DNA from: Eledone cirrhosa
Taxonomy: Eukaryota
DNA: 64,000 nucleotides
Direction: 5' to 3'
NCBI GenBank assembly: GCA_964016885.1
Contig: OZ024741.1
Location: 218,922,001 to 218,986,000, forward strand
The notes below the pieces were generated by a model. The model had not been told where the DNA came from. It searched no databases and was given only the letters and a program-made list of their open reading frames with translations. The position numbers and the translations under genes were made by a program. The stretch's first letter is position 1. Every line of letters starts with the position of its first letter. This document shows positions 12,655-24,064 of this stretch, in pieces.

Positions 12655-14228
12655 CTAGCGGCCTCCCGGCCTTCACCCTGGTCTGTACTGTGCTTACTTC
12701 CATAAGACACCTGTTAGCATCTTTCGTAATGCCAATTTTCCTTGAAATAAAAGATGTTAAGAGGTATTTAAATATTGAATAACATAACTTTTAAATTTTA
12801 TTTAGAATATCTAAATACAGAAAGTAATAAAGAAAATAACAGAAAAATGTATTCTACGAAAATTATAAAACGTTTACAGAACTTCAGTATATTTGACACT
12901 TTTTTTCTTTGGACCATATGTGAAGGGTTTGTGGGGTCTTCCTTCTCTGGAACAACCTACATATAACTGACCATGTGAGAAACAGCCCTCTTCTAGATGG
13001 AGACTGACAACCTGCAGTGTTTGACCTTGGGACTTGTTGATAGTCACTGCGTAACTGACTCTCACTAGGAATTGCAATAGTTTGAAAGGAAAAGGGACAT
13101 CTGTTGGAATTAGTAGTGTTCTAGGTATAAATATGTCTCCTTTACCACACCCAGTGAAGATATTGCTTTGATAATGTGAGGCTGTAGCTCAGTCACAACC
13201 ATACGCGTCCCATTGCACAATCACGGCTGTAACCGTCTTCAATTGAAGGTTGTGTGACAGCATACCGGACGGTTCCAGAGTGTTTAGAAATTGGGATGTT
13301 TTGTCGGGCAAGGTTTGCTCTTTCACACAGCCACTCCTAGTTGGAATGGTGGATTTCGAAATTGGAGAATACTTGATTAAGTTTACAACACTTTCCACAA
13401 CAGTAGAGAATGATGAAGGATCAACACATCCTTCAGTATCAAGGGATTGCTTTTCTATAATTGTAAACGGCTGAAAGGTGCTTATCTGTAACTCCAAGGG
13501 CACCATTCACTCCCTGCTTCCGTTTTCGGAAAAGGAGTCGTTGGCGAGTGAGTCGGATGTAGATCGGTCAAAAACAAACGAAAAAAACCTAACAAAGACA
13601 AAATTCCCACAGAAGAAATCTCCTAGGCTGGGAAAATCGTGGGTCAACTCCTGTCCACCCCCTTTCTACAGCTGATATATCGACCATGTTGTAAGTTGGT
13701 CACCTCGTCGAACATATTCCATTTTTATAGTGCAAAGATGGCAGCATTGGAACCTTTGTTGATGTATTTGCACACATACTTTATAGGTACCCCCCCCCCC
13801 CCTCATCCCTCCCATCCCGTTTTCAGGGAGAAAGGCTATTGTGAACATGTTGGAGGTCACATTATTTGAAAACAGGAAAAAACCTCGGATAAAAGTCTTC
13901 TTCGCGATCTCCCAGCGGGTGCTTTTCTATTAATTTAAAAGGCAGTGAAGCGCTTATTTCTACCTCCAAGTGTCCCCCCCCCCCCTCACTGCCTCCATTT
14001 TCGGAAAAAGGAGTCGTTGATGAGTGAGTCAACTTAACAACAACAACAACAACAACAACAACATTCACCTGTCATAGTGAAAGTTTTCTTTTTTAAGTCT
14101 GTTGCTTTGTTGGATATAAAAAACACACATACACAGAAATTGAGAAACACTCTAAAATATACACACCAAGAGAAATACACATATTAGGTAGGGAGAGGGA
14201 GTGGAGTGAGTCTTTACGTATATATAGC
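12655..14228 (-). mobile_element. Helitron remnant with Pif1-like helicase C-terminal fragments
   Basis: QFLVRVSYAVTINKSQGQTL..GCFSHGQLYVGCSR (12874-13077) and FLNTLEPSGM..HNLQLK; 3' end is a GC-rich hairpin remnant then CTAG|T at 12655; 5' end approximate. Confidence 0.8.
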
Positions 14229-14344
14229 TAGCATGGTAGACGAACAGACAGTTCCTGGGTGCTAGAAGGGAAACTTCAAAGACAATAGGTTTTTTAACAA
14301 TATGCTGTCATACAAATGTGTCCTGTATAATAATGACACCTTTG

Positions 14345-14378
<34 letters not shown>

Positions 14379-14604
14379 TATTTTGTTTGACCCGTTTAGC
14401 TTGTTCACTTTTTTTTACTAAGGTGGTTAATGGCTTCTTAACCATCGTCTCAGTGTGTATGACCATTTTAACTTATGTTTATAGCTCTGGTATCTTCATA
14501 TCCACGGAACGCTTGTCTGCACAATACGGAAATTACGTTTCGATAATTTCTACCCGCCGAAATGCGATTCTCGTTAAATTTATATATATATATATATATA
14601 TATA

Positions 14605-14686
<82 letters not shown>

Positions 14687-14750
14687 AATGAAGTAATTCC
14701 GTCGGAAAAGTCCAGGAAAAAAGAGTGCTCTATGTAGGTAACGGAGCTTA

Positions 14751-14985
14751 ATAGTTATGTAATAAACAACATAAGGCAATTATTCCATTTACCAGTGGTT
14801 TCTTAAAAGCACAAGATTTTGCTTTCAATCCTCAGAATGAAAAAATCCTGGTCTGTTTATTGAATTTGCCAAATTCAATAAACAGACCAGGATTTTTTTC
14901 ATTCTGAGGATTGAAAGCAAAATCTTTTGCTTTTAAGAAACCACTGGTAAATGGAATAATTGCCTTATGTTGTTTATTACATAAC

Positions 14986-14988
<3 letters not shown>
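14751..14988. repeat. near-perfect ~238-bp palindrome
   Basis: ~118-bp arms, centre TTGAATTTG-C-CAAATTCAA, about 2 differences between arms. Confidence 0.95.
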
Positions 14989-15014
<26 letters not shown>

Positions 15015-15017
<3 letters not shown>

Positions 15018-15233
15018 AATGTAATCTGAGTTTTTCAAATATTAATAATAATATTCGATTCGTTTGCAATTATGCAAACAGCCTCTTTTTTAAAGCCATG
15101 TAGTAGAATGAGCCCCTCATTCTTGCTCTTGTGTTGGCATGTAAACAGAACTGCAGACACACTAATGTTTCTACATAATTGCAAACTAATCGAATATTAT
15201 TATTAATCTTCGAAAAACTCAGATTACGTTTAT
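15015..15233. repeat. imperfect ~65-bp inverted repeat with ~85-bp spacer
   Basis: ATAAATGTAATCTGAGTTTTTC...TTGCAATTATG versus CATAATTTGCAAAC...GAAAAACTCAGATTACGTTTAT. Confidence 0.75.
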
Positions 15234-15385
15234 TGTATTCAGCCATGTAGAGCGATAATTTTATTTATCCTAGGCTGGGAAAATCGTGAGTCAACTCCTG
15301 TCCATCCCCTTTCTACAGCTGATATATCGACCATGTTGTAAGTTGGTCACCTCGTCGAACATATTCCATTTTTATAGTGCGATAA

Positions 15386-15462
<77 letters not shown>

Positions 15463-15599
15463 TATATATATAGAGAGAGAGAGAGAGAATATTTCAGTAT
15501 CGAGAGAGGCAAGAAGAGATAGGCGATACATGTAGTTATTTGCCAATTGCGTATGCAAAAGGTGCTCAATACTTGTGCCTGCAGTGTTAAATATTAGAA

Positions 15600-16760
15600 G
15601 TGTTAATATCTAGTGGGCGAGAAAATCAGCAGAGCGGATACGGGTGGAGAAGTATATAAAGGAGAACAAACAGCTAAAACATGTTTATTTAAAACAGCAC
15701 CTACGTACGTTTCGCTCGAATGGGCTTCTCAAGGACATAAACAACTAAAAAGCGGTTTACGGTTTTCACTCCTCATTCTTATTCCATCTGGAGTAAGAGA
15801 TTTTTAAGCGGTGGGGACAGCTTATCGTCGTTTCTGCTCTGCTGTTGATGAGCTCGTGGAGTGCCGTTATGATATGGTAAAGCTCCATGAGGCAAAGTTC
15901 GCACTTCCTCTTGAAATTGTACGGTGCTGCTCTGTCGACAATTTCCCAGTGCGTGGAGAAGCTGATGTTTGAGTCTTTTAATGCTGTGAAGTGGAGTGTC
16001 TTAGTTTCTTGTTTGCGAAAGAGTGGAGATGCGTTCGAAATCTATTTTTGAACGGGCCAGAGGTGGCCCCTATATAATGTTTAACGATATTGTAGCTAGT
16101 TACGGTGCACCTATAAATAACCCAGTTTCCCCTAAGGAGGTAGCATCCCCTGTCACGGCAGTTGCAATTTCGGTCGCAGTCCCTTCTAGTTCCCAAAGTA
16201 AGGCTATTATTATTGCCATCTACGTTGTTACCTACGTCCCTACACCTGTCATTGGTACCATTATAACCCACTGTGTGCGGAGTAGTACCATTATCATTCC
16301 GCACGCCGCAGCGCCTTCTGTTGTCGTCGGGTGACCCGTACGGGTCACCTACATATTCCCCAGTCATGTCGCGGTTATGTTGGTTGCGTCTGTAGTGGCT
16401 GTTACTAGCACTATTTGGTGCTTCTAGGGAGTCGTTAAGGCCGATATAGTTGTTGTCAGGTGTAGGTGTATCGGTGCTAAGGTGCTGTGTTTTGATGATC
16501 TTACTGTGATTAGTTGTTCCTATGATGTCTGCTAGGTTAGGAGTAGTAGAGAAGGATATTTTTATATTGTTCCTATTAAGGATTTTCCTATACTTATGGT
16601 TGGGTGGGAAGTTCTTCTCTAAGGCTTCGAAGAATATCCGGGGTATGTCAGAGGCCACACTCCGAGAGTAGGGAGGATGGAACCATAGGACGTTACGGTG
16701 GCGATTCCGTGTCTTTGTATGTTTGCTAAGAGTTGTGCTATCGGGGTGACCGTTGTTTAA
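15600..16760 (-). mobile_element. Penelope-like element 3' half: linker, GIY-YIG endonuclease and pLTR
   Basis: RNVLWFHPPYS, KILNRNNIKISFS, CNCR, VIY..HYIGATSGPFKNRF; after a frameshift WEIVDRAAPY..CELCLME..LINSRAE..CPHR; degenerate hammerhead at 15698-15736 then AATAAA. Confidence 0.9.
15698..15736 (-). ncRNA. degenerate hammerhead in the PLE 3' pLTR
   Basis: CC-UUGAGAA-GCCCauucGAGC-GAAA-CGUACG-UA^-GG; palindromic stem III, CUGANGA box mutated. Confidence 0.5.
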
Positions 16761-16763
16761 ACA

Positions 16764-18240
16764 ATTCATTTATAAAGAACTACACAAAGACTACAAAAAG
16801 ACACCCATTAGTACCTTAAATGACATAAATAGAGTAGGGAAGGATATAGTTACTAGCTTAGAAATAGATAAGTACACAAACCCATATGTCCCTCTGACCC
16901 CTAGATTCTCTTTTAAGGATCACAAATGTAACTTTAATGAAAGCCCTTCTATTAGACTAATATGTCCCTCTACATCCGATATAGGTAAGATTAGTAAAGT
17001 GATCCTCGATAGAGTACTACTGGAGCTTAATAGAAAAGCTAAAGTCTGCCTCTGGAGCAACACCGACCAGGTCATTGATTGGTTCACCGAGTTGCCTGAA
17101 GTTCATCCAGTTTGACATAGATAGTTACTACGCCTATATCTCCCCTATACTCTTAAATAAGGCACTCATCTTAGCTAAATCTAACACTAGCCTCACTAAA
17201 AAAGAGATAGATATAGTTCTAGCGGCGCGTAGAACCATTATCCAGTTCGAAGGCTCCCACTGGACCCGAACCAACCGTCCTGATAACTTTGATATCACGA
17301 TGGGGTCCAGTGACTCGGCGCAAGCAACCGACCTGGTCGGAATATACCTCCTCCATAGGCATAGGGACGAGATACCGGCCCTACAAGGAGGTGTATATAG
17401 AGACGACGCTCTGTTTACCGTTAGGAACCATAGCCCCCACCGAATAGAGAACCTTAACAAGCACTTACACAGGTTCTTCAAGTCATACGGCCTATCCGTA
17501 ACTATGGACCTCAGCCACCAGGTTGTCAACTTCCTGGACGTGACCCTGGAGTTGAGTACGGGCCTAAACAAGTCATACCATAAGCCCGGAGAGAGCCTAT
17601 CTTATATTAATTATGCCTCCAACCACCCTAAGCAGACTCTCAACTCCATAGTTTATAGCATCTCACATAGGATCTCGAGGCTCTCCGCCAATGAGGATAT
17701 CTTCAACCAAGCGGCGGATTACTACAATAAGGCCTTGCTAAGCGCCGGTTTTAACCGAAGAATCTCCTACATCCCTAATGCTAGCTCTAGAAACCACCCT
17801 TCTCTTAAGACTAACATTATAGTAAGCGGCGGCTTTGAAAGAGTCAGAAATAATAGTATAGAGAATCGCACTAAGGAACACGGCGGCAATGTCAATTACA
17901 CAAGCGATAGTATTGGTAGCTTACCACACAATAAGGATCACGACACTGGTGACGGTGACCGCTGTAGCCTACTAGAATTATTCCCCTACTATAAGATCAG
18001 CAATGGCGATGGCCTACTACCAACGTCTTCCAACCAGCGTCTTGCTACACATAAACGCAGCAGAAGGAAGCCGAGTGCACCCGAGCATAAAGCGAAAGGG
18101 ACATGTAACGGGCTGCAGCACAATAACATGCATAAGAACGGTCACCCCGATAACACAACCCTTAGCAAACATACAAAGACACGGAATCGCCACCGTAACG
18201 TCCTATGGTTCTATCTTCCCTACTCTCGGAGTGTGGCCTC
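16764..18240 (+). pseudogene. Penelope-like RT domain, 5'-truncated and frameshifted near 17100
   Basis: FKDHK.NF..SPSIRLICP, FIQFDIDSYY, FDITMGS, GGVYRDDAL, VNFLDVTL, SNHPK, RISRLSAN. Confidence 0.9.
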
Positions 18241-18699
18241 CGAGAGTAGGGAGGATAAACATAAATGAACTCCAATCAAAATTAAATAGAAAACATGAAT
18301 GGAATAGCAACATCACAACTTATAATTAAGGACAAAATGAAAACACACACACACAGAACAAACAACTAACTAATAACATGTAAATAAACAAATAAATAAA
18401 CAAATAAAAACACACACAGACACCCGGATGTAACACATGCGCAAACTAAGCACACAACACACACACAAACAAGATGGCGTAGGACAGAACAAAGGAGAGG
18501 CACAAAACAAAGAAAAGAATCCCCAGTCACTGAAGGGGTCACAGAATGTGTGACGGAAGAACTTTGACAATATATGAATAACCATCCGGTTGTGGAACCA
18601 ACCAACCAACTGGAAATTTATAAAATTTATAATAAATTGAAGTGAAAGCAACTGGTGCGTGTGTTTCTTATTGGCAACATGACCCTCCCAAAGTATAAC

Positions 18700-18736
<37 letters not shown>

Positions 18737-18828
18737 ATCCACCAATCAATAAACGCAATGAAAGCTTAACAAATTGTCCTTGTATTATTATTAACATTAT
18801 TATTTTTATTATTATTATTATTATTATT

Positions 18829-21300
18829 GTGGAAGTATACACGTCGCAGGGAATTTTGTTCCCGTATGTTTGTGATGTTTGGACAGTTTTGGGCATGTCA
18901 AAGGTCATTTTACTTACACTCGATCTGAAAAAAATATTGAAAAATTATTGGAAAAAATCCATTAAAATCGATTAAAATTGACGGAAATTCCGAGATGAAA
19001 AATAAAAGACACAGTGATGTAGATCTGGAGAGTGCGGTTTCAGTCAATACTTTAATTATTACCAATGTATTCAGGATTTTGTGTAAATCCCGGTCAACAA
19101 ACAAACACACAAACTTACTTACTTACTTGCTTGCTTGGTTGCTTGCTTTATTTATATATATATATATATATCCACCAATCAATAAACGCAATGAAAGCTT
19201 AACAACGAAAAAAACTACTACACCCCACCAACACCAAGAACTCTCCCGACAAACATAAACATCATTGAAATCTCAATAGAACAGTACAAACCTTTAAAAC
19301 AAAAATTCCCCAACGTAGTTGGAGACTTCAGAGGGTCGGTTACCAAGAGGATATACACTGACATCCTCTTGGAAACACCCATGACCAGCCAAAGGGACAG
19401 TTCTACTGTCCCTTCACCACACGATCAAGGTAAGTGACCCTTTCTCACTTGCCCCGTTTCTCATCCAACATGGCCGTACTCAGAATAGGCAGTATAAATG
19501 CACGTGGCCTGGAGTCATCTTGGAAGCAGGGTCACCTGCTCAACGACCTCAGATCACTAAACATAGATGTGGTGGCCATCAACGAGACCAGAATCTCCAA
19601 AGCACAAGCCTTCGCACCGATCTTCGGCGGCTACGATGTATACGCATCTCCCAGCCGTCCGGGATCTTGGGAGGGGTTGCCTTCCTTTTTCGGAGAGGCT
19701 TCGTGGATCTCGCCATACGGTCCATCTTCCTAGATCCAGAAGGTAAGTCGGTGGTGCTGGACGTGACCGGCAGCGAAGGCAATGCTTTCAGACTAGTAGC
19801 CGTCTACGCCCAAACAGGGGCAGGACGGCCAGATTTCTTCAGACGTCTAGAGACCTTTCTTGGAACGTCCCGCTCTTTAGTGTTAGTGGGCGACTGGAAC
19901 GGTATCTTGGATGCACGCTGGGATTGTGTGGGGCTAGTGGATAGGGGAGGAGAGTGCAAGAGCCTCACCAACCTGCTCAGACGTTTTGAACTGTCTGACA
20001 AGTATCGACTCGATCGCCCGAATGTGCCACTGTGGACATGGACAAATCGCGTCGGGTCATCCAGATCGTATCTCGATAGGGTATTCTGCAGAGAACTAGA
20101 TAAGGCTAGTATAAGTTGTCCACAATTTAAAATTGTCGACTACACAGACCACAAATTTGTGATCTGTGAGATGGACATAGACAGACATCATAGACAAGGG
20201 CCCGGTTACTGGAAGCTGAACGCGTCTTTCCCGGCGCGCAAAGCCTACAGAGACCGGATTAGCGTATTAGTTAAGCGGGCGTTGACGGGAGCGGTCGTCA
20301 ACAACAGGTGGTGGTTCGCCCTGAAAAGGGCAATTAAAGTAGAGTCGATTAGGTTTAGCAAAGGACTAGTGATAGAGGAAAATAGAGTAGAGGGAGAGCT
20401 AGTCAGAAAGCTAGAAGAGGCGTTTAGGACAGGCATCGCAACCGACGTGCTTGCGGCGAGATTGGCACTCGACCAATTCTTCAATGCAAAACACGAAGGC
20501 TGCGTTGTCAGATCTAGAGCGCGTGCTCTGAAACACGAGGAGACAAAAGCCGTCCAATGGGCCCGGGTGGCAGAGGCGCGACGTGGCAACAAAGCCACAA
20601 ATGGGTCTGACCAAAACGGGTGCGTGTTGCTCGAACCCGAGCAGATGTGTGAAGCTTTTCAGCAGCACTTTGCTGAACTGTTCGGAAGCCACGGCGGCCC
20701 GGATCGGGGCATGGACTTCAGTGCATACTTCGACGGACTGCCTCGGCTCTCGACGACCACAGCACAGTGTTGCGAAAAGCCAATAACAGCCGGTGAAATA
20801 CGGGAAGCGATGGCTAACTGCACGAGGGGTAAATTGCCAGGTTTGGATGGTCTGTCCTACGAGCTTTATGCATTTATGCCAGACATGTTCGGTGACCTCT
20901 TGGCAGACGTCTACTGCAAAAGTTTCACTTGAAGAGGAAAATCAAGGTGGAGAGGCAAGTGCTGCCTTCTAGCAAGTTTGTTGAGTGAATGTAGCGAGAA
21001 TGGTCCGAGTGAACGGGACCGCTCTGAATATACGTCTGTAGTTTAAGAAATGGAAAAATTGAGAGAGGGCGTTTGCCCTGGTGGTCTTTTGCCGTGGTCT
21101 TTTGTGTGGTTTTCGCCACAAGTAACCCTCAGAGGTTTCCCCCCTATTGGGGAATTTTACATTGTTTCAATTTTCATTTTTATTCTTTATATATATATAT
21201 ATGTTTCTATGTTTTTTACACGCACAAAACCCACATCCTACCGTCCTGTACCGTCTGTAATGTTTTCTTGATGTCAGCCGTTGTGGCCAATAAAGAAATC
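18829..21300 (+). mobile_element. Tx1-clade LINE, internally deleted
   Basis: 5' UTR after (ATT)n; ORF2 from ~19469 with APE motifs (IGSINARGL, LVGDWN, SYLDR, TDH, GPGYWKLN); RT truncated at ~20920; 3' UTR with AATAAA and (ATT)n. Confidence 0.85.
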
Positions 21301-21339
21301 ATTATTATTATCATTATTATTTTTATTATTATTATTATT

Positions 21340-21785
21340 GTGGAAGTATACACGTCGCAGGAAATTTTGTTCCCGTAAGTTTGTGATTTTTGAACAGTTT
21401 TTATTGCGAACTTATTGTAAAAAGTTATATTGTTTTGTGTTTAAACACACCCCGCTTCTTTTGAAGTGGTCGAAATTAGTCGGTATTTAGCCCTTCGGGG
21501 CTAAATTCCAATTTGAACTTTGCATTTAGTAAATACGTCCCGCCGAAAAAAAAAAGAAGAAAAATTGCGTCATTCAAAAAATCTATTTTTCTGCCATGTA
21601 TCTACACAAAAATTACCCATTCAGCAAGGTATCCTTCTCAACCTTCTCTTCACCAAGCTGTCAGCGTGGAATCTCGCTTTCCTTTTCGTCTTCATCGTCA
21701 CATAGTGAAAGTCAGGCGAACGCCTGACAACAAAGGAGTTAGCAGCATCAGCGGAAGTATTAACAATACCACCTGCAGTAGCAGT

Positions 21786-21819
<34 letters not shown>

Positions 21820-22760
21820 TTAACAATAACACCAGTGGTAGCAGTAGCAGCAGTAGCGGCAGTATTAACAATAACACCTGTGGTAACAGCAGCAGCAGCA
21901 ACACCAACAACACCGTTTGTAGCAGTGGCAACAACAACAGCACCAACAACAACAAGACCAATAGCAGCAGTAGCGGCAGCAACAATAATGCCACTGAAAA
22001 AGGGACCATCTCTTTTGCAAAGGTGGCTCGCAACGTAGAAACAGTCCTGATAACAGAGGAAGAGATGGCAGTCGCAAGACACATGGTAACCAGAACTGAA
22101 TTTTCAGTGTCCTTGAAACCACCAACCGACTTCCTGGAGGAGCAAGAGCGACGCACAGTGTCGTACCGCACGATTGCCACGAAATCGCGTCGCGTGGAGA
22201 GAGCCTCGGAGGCCCAAATCCAGAAGGCCTTGGGAACTGTGTGTGCACGGAAAAACCACATCACCCGTGGCAAGAAATATGTTACTGTGGGCGTCCTTTT
22301 TGCTACCACCCAGGAAGCAAAATCGCACTCACTGAGGACCCTACGAAGTGATGACATAACGTTAGTCCTGTTTTACTGCGGGAAAAAAATAGCAAAGGTC
22401 AGGGTAACCCAGGTCCCGCCCTACGTACCCGTTCCTTGGCTACTCGTGTCTGTTCTTGCGGGCATCGAGGATAGAACAACCATTCTGCAGGTACAGAAGT
22501 TGGGGAGAGAGGACTGGTCCGGTATTGGAATGGAGATGTTCATCCAAACCGACGAGGACTGCATCAGCGCTATTCCCGACGTAATAGACCTCGGGAATGG
22601 CTCCCAACTTCTCATACCTGTTGAAGGAAGGCGCCTAAAGTGCTTCAACTGTGGATCGAAGTCTCACATCAGGGCTTTCTGCCCACAGAAAATAACAAAG
22701 GCCAAGGTCCCCCTCCTTCCAACGCCGGATCCGCGGCCATCAGAAACAAAGCAGTCAGCG
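21340..22760 (+). mobile_element. Tx1-clade LINE 5' UTR and ORF1 (gag-like zinc knuckle), 3'-truncated
   Basis: Same 5' end as 18829; ORF1 homologous to 44105-45187; VEGRRLKCFNCGSKSHIRAFCP. Confidence 0.85.
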
Positions 22761-23100
22761 ATGACTTTAGCATGTAAAACGAGCTGATACGAAACAGATG
22801 TATGAAATTGACATGTAAAAGCTGTCATGAGGTATATTATATATAGTGTAGAGATAACCTGGGCTTGAAACAATGGACCATTTACTTTACTGTAGGTTTG
22901 CTGACCGTAAGATTTATTTATTATCTGATAGATAAAATATTTTCATTGTAGTGAGGATGGTAATTTTTATGTGGTGTAAAGCGGATTCATTATTTAAGTG
23001 GTCTATATTAGATGAAGGGATTGTTAGTTCGAATCATGGGGGTTGTTTAGCATCTGTTTCGTATCAGCTCGTTTTACATGCTAAAGTCATCAGTATACTC
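22760..23100. repeat. 41-bp perfect inverted repeat (22760-22800 / 23051-23091) of a hammerhead-like segment
   Basis: GATGACTTTAGCATGTAAAACGAGCTGATACGAAACAGATG on both strands; the minus copy has CUGAUGA, the plus copy has GAAACAGAUGUA. Confidence 0.8.
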
Positions 23101-23232
23101 TATTTCTTACATAGATTGATGTTGTGATTATTTTAACTATTTACTATCTAGCTAATTTATTTGAGTATTGTTATTATTGTTCTGATTTAATGCCACTACT
23201 ATATATAGAAGCTATGCCTGTGTATTTCCTTC

Positions 23233-23357
23233 ATTCTCGCATGCTCTGATGAACAGACTGGTTATAACAAAGTATTGGTGATCGATTGACGCAAAAACAG
23301 GCGGGTAGCGATCTCTAGACCTACCAGTTCAGAGAAACAATTGTCAGCAATGTGAAT
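23233..23357 (+). ncRNA. type I hammerhead ribozyme with enlarged stem II
   Basis: CGCAUGCU-CUGAUGA-a..ACUGGU[~60 nt]ACCAGU..a-GAAA-CAAUUG-UC^-AGCAAUGUG, followed by AATAAA. Confidence 0.75.
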
Positions 23358-23467
23358 AAAGCCCTTATTGTATAGCAAACCATGTCACTCTTCTTTCTTG
23401 ATTTATATATATATATATTATAAAATAACAGGAGGCTGGACTAATGTAATTCCTTAAAAGGTTTATT

Positions 23468-23525
23468 ATACTATGATCATTTCAATGACCGGGAAAAGTA
23501 TGAAATCGGTGACATCATCAGGTAT
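23468..23525 (-). ncRNA. type I hammerhead ribozyme
   Basis: AUAC-CUGAUGA-uGUcACCG..CGGUcAUu-GAAA-UGAUCA-UA^-GUAU; palindromic stem III AUGAUCAU. Confidence 0.8.
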
Positions 23526-23633
23526 TCGAAATATAACAAATGAATATAATAGACAAAATCCATGTGGCTGAAAATCAGAGACATGAGGGCGACCGAACAT
23601 GTAGCAGCTTCTACCCTGGTCTTCTGCCCTCAA

Positions 23634-23672
<39 letters not shown>

Positions 23673-24060
23673 CTGATTCACAATCTTTTATCCGAAATTC
23701 GGAAAACCGAACATTTTTTCTAGGCTGTCGTCTGCACACCAAAGCTCGCATTTGGCGCCAAACTTCACCCGAAACCAACCACAGTTAACCCAGGTCACAC
23801 AGTTGTATCACAGTGCTTACAGACGCACGACGCCTCTGCTGCTCACAAAAATTGTATTTATTTTTTCTAGGCCACCTAACTTCTAACTCCCTCACCCAGT
23901 AACTGCCGGTCACGAGCCGAACACTCTACCACCGAGCCACCGTGTCCCCTGTAATGTTTTATCTAAAAAAAAAACTTTAAAATCTACGCTAAAAATCTTC
24001 CATTCTGAAATCCGAAAAGTCTCTGGTCCAAAGGTTTTCAGATAAAAGATTGTGAATAAT
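23673..24060. mobile_element. Tigger/pogo-like MITE
   Basis: TIRs ATTCACAATCTTTTATCCGAAA / TTTCAGATAAAAGATTGTGAAT; subterminal AAATCCGAAAAGTCTCTGGTCC resembles MER2-type ends. Confidence 0.65.
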
Positions 24061-24064
24061 AATG

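Noticed and set aside
14900-14935. CTGAGGA-TT-GAAA inside the palindrome
   Set aside because: No stem II or stem I; likely chance
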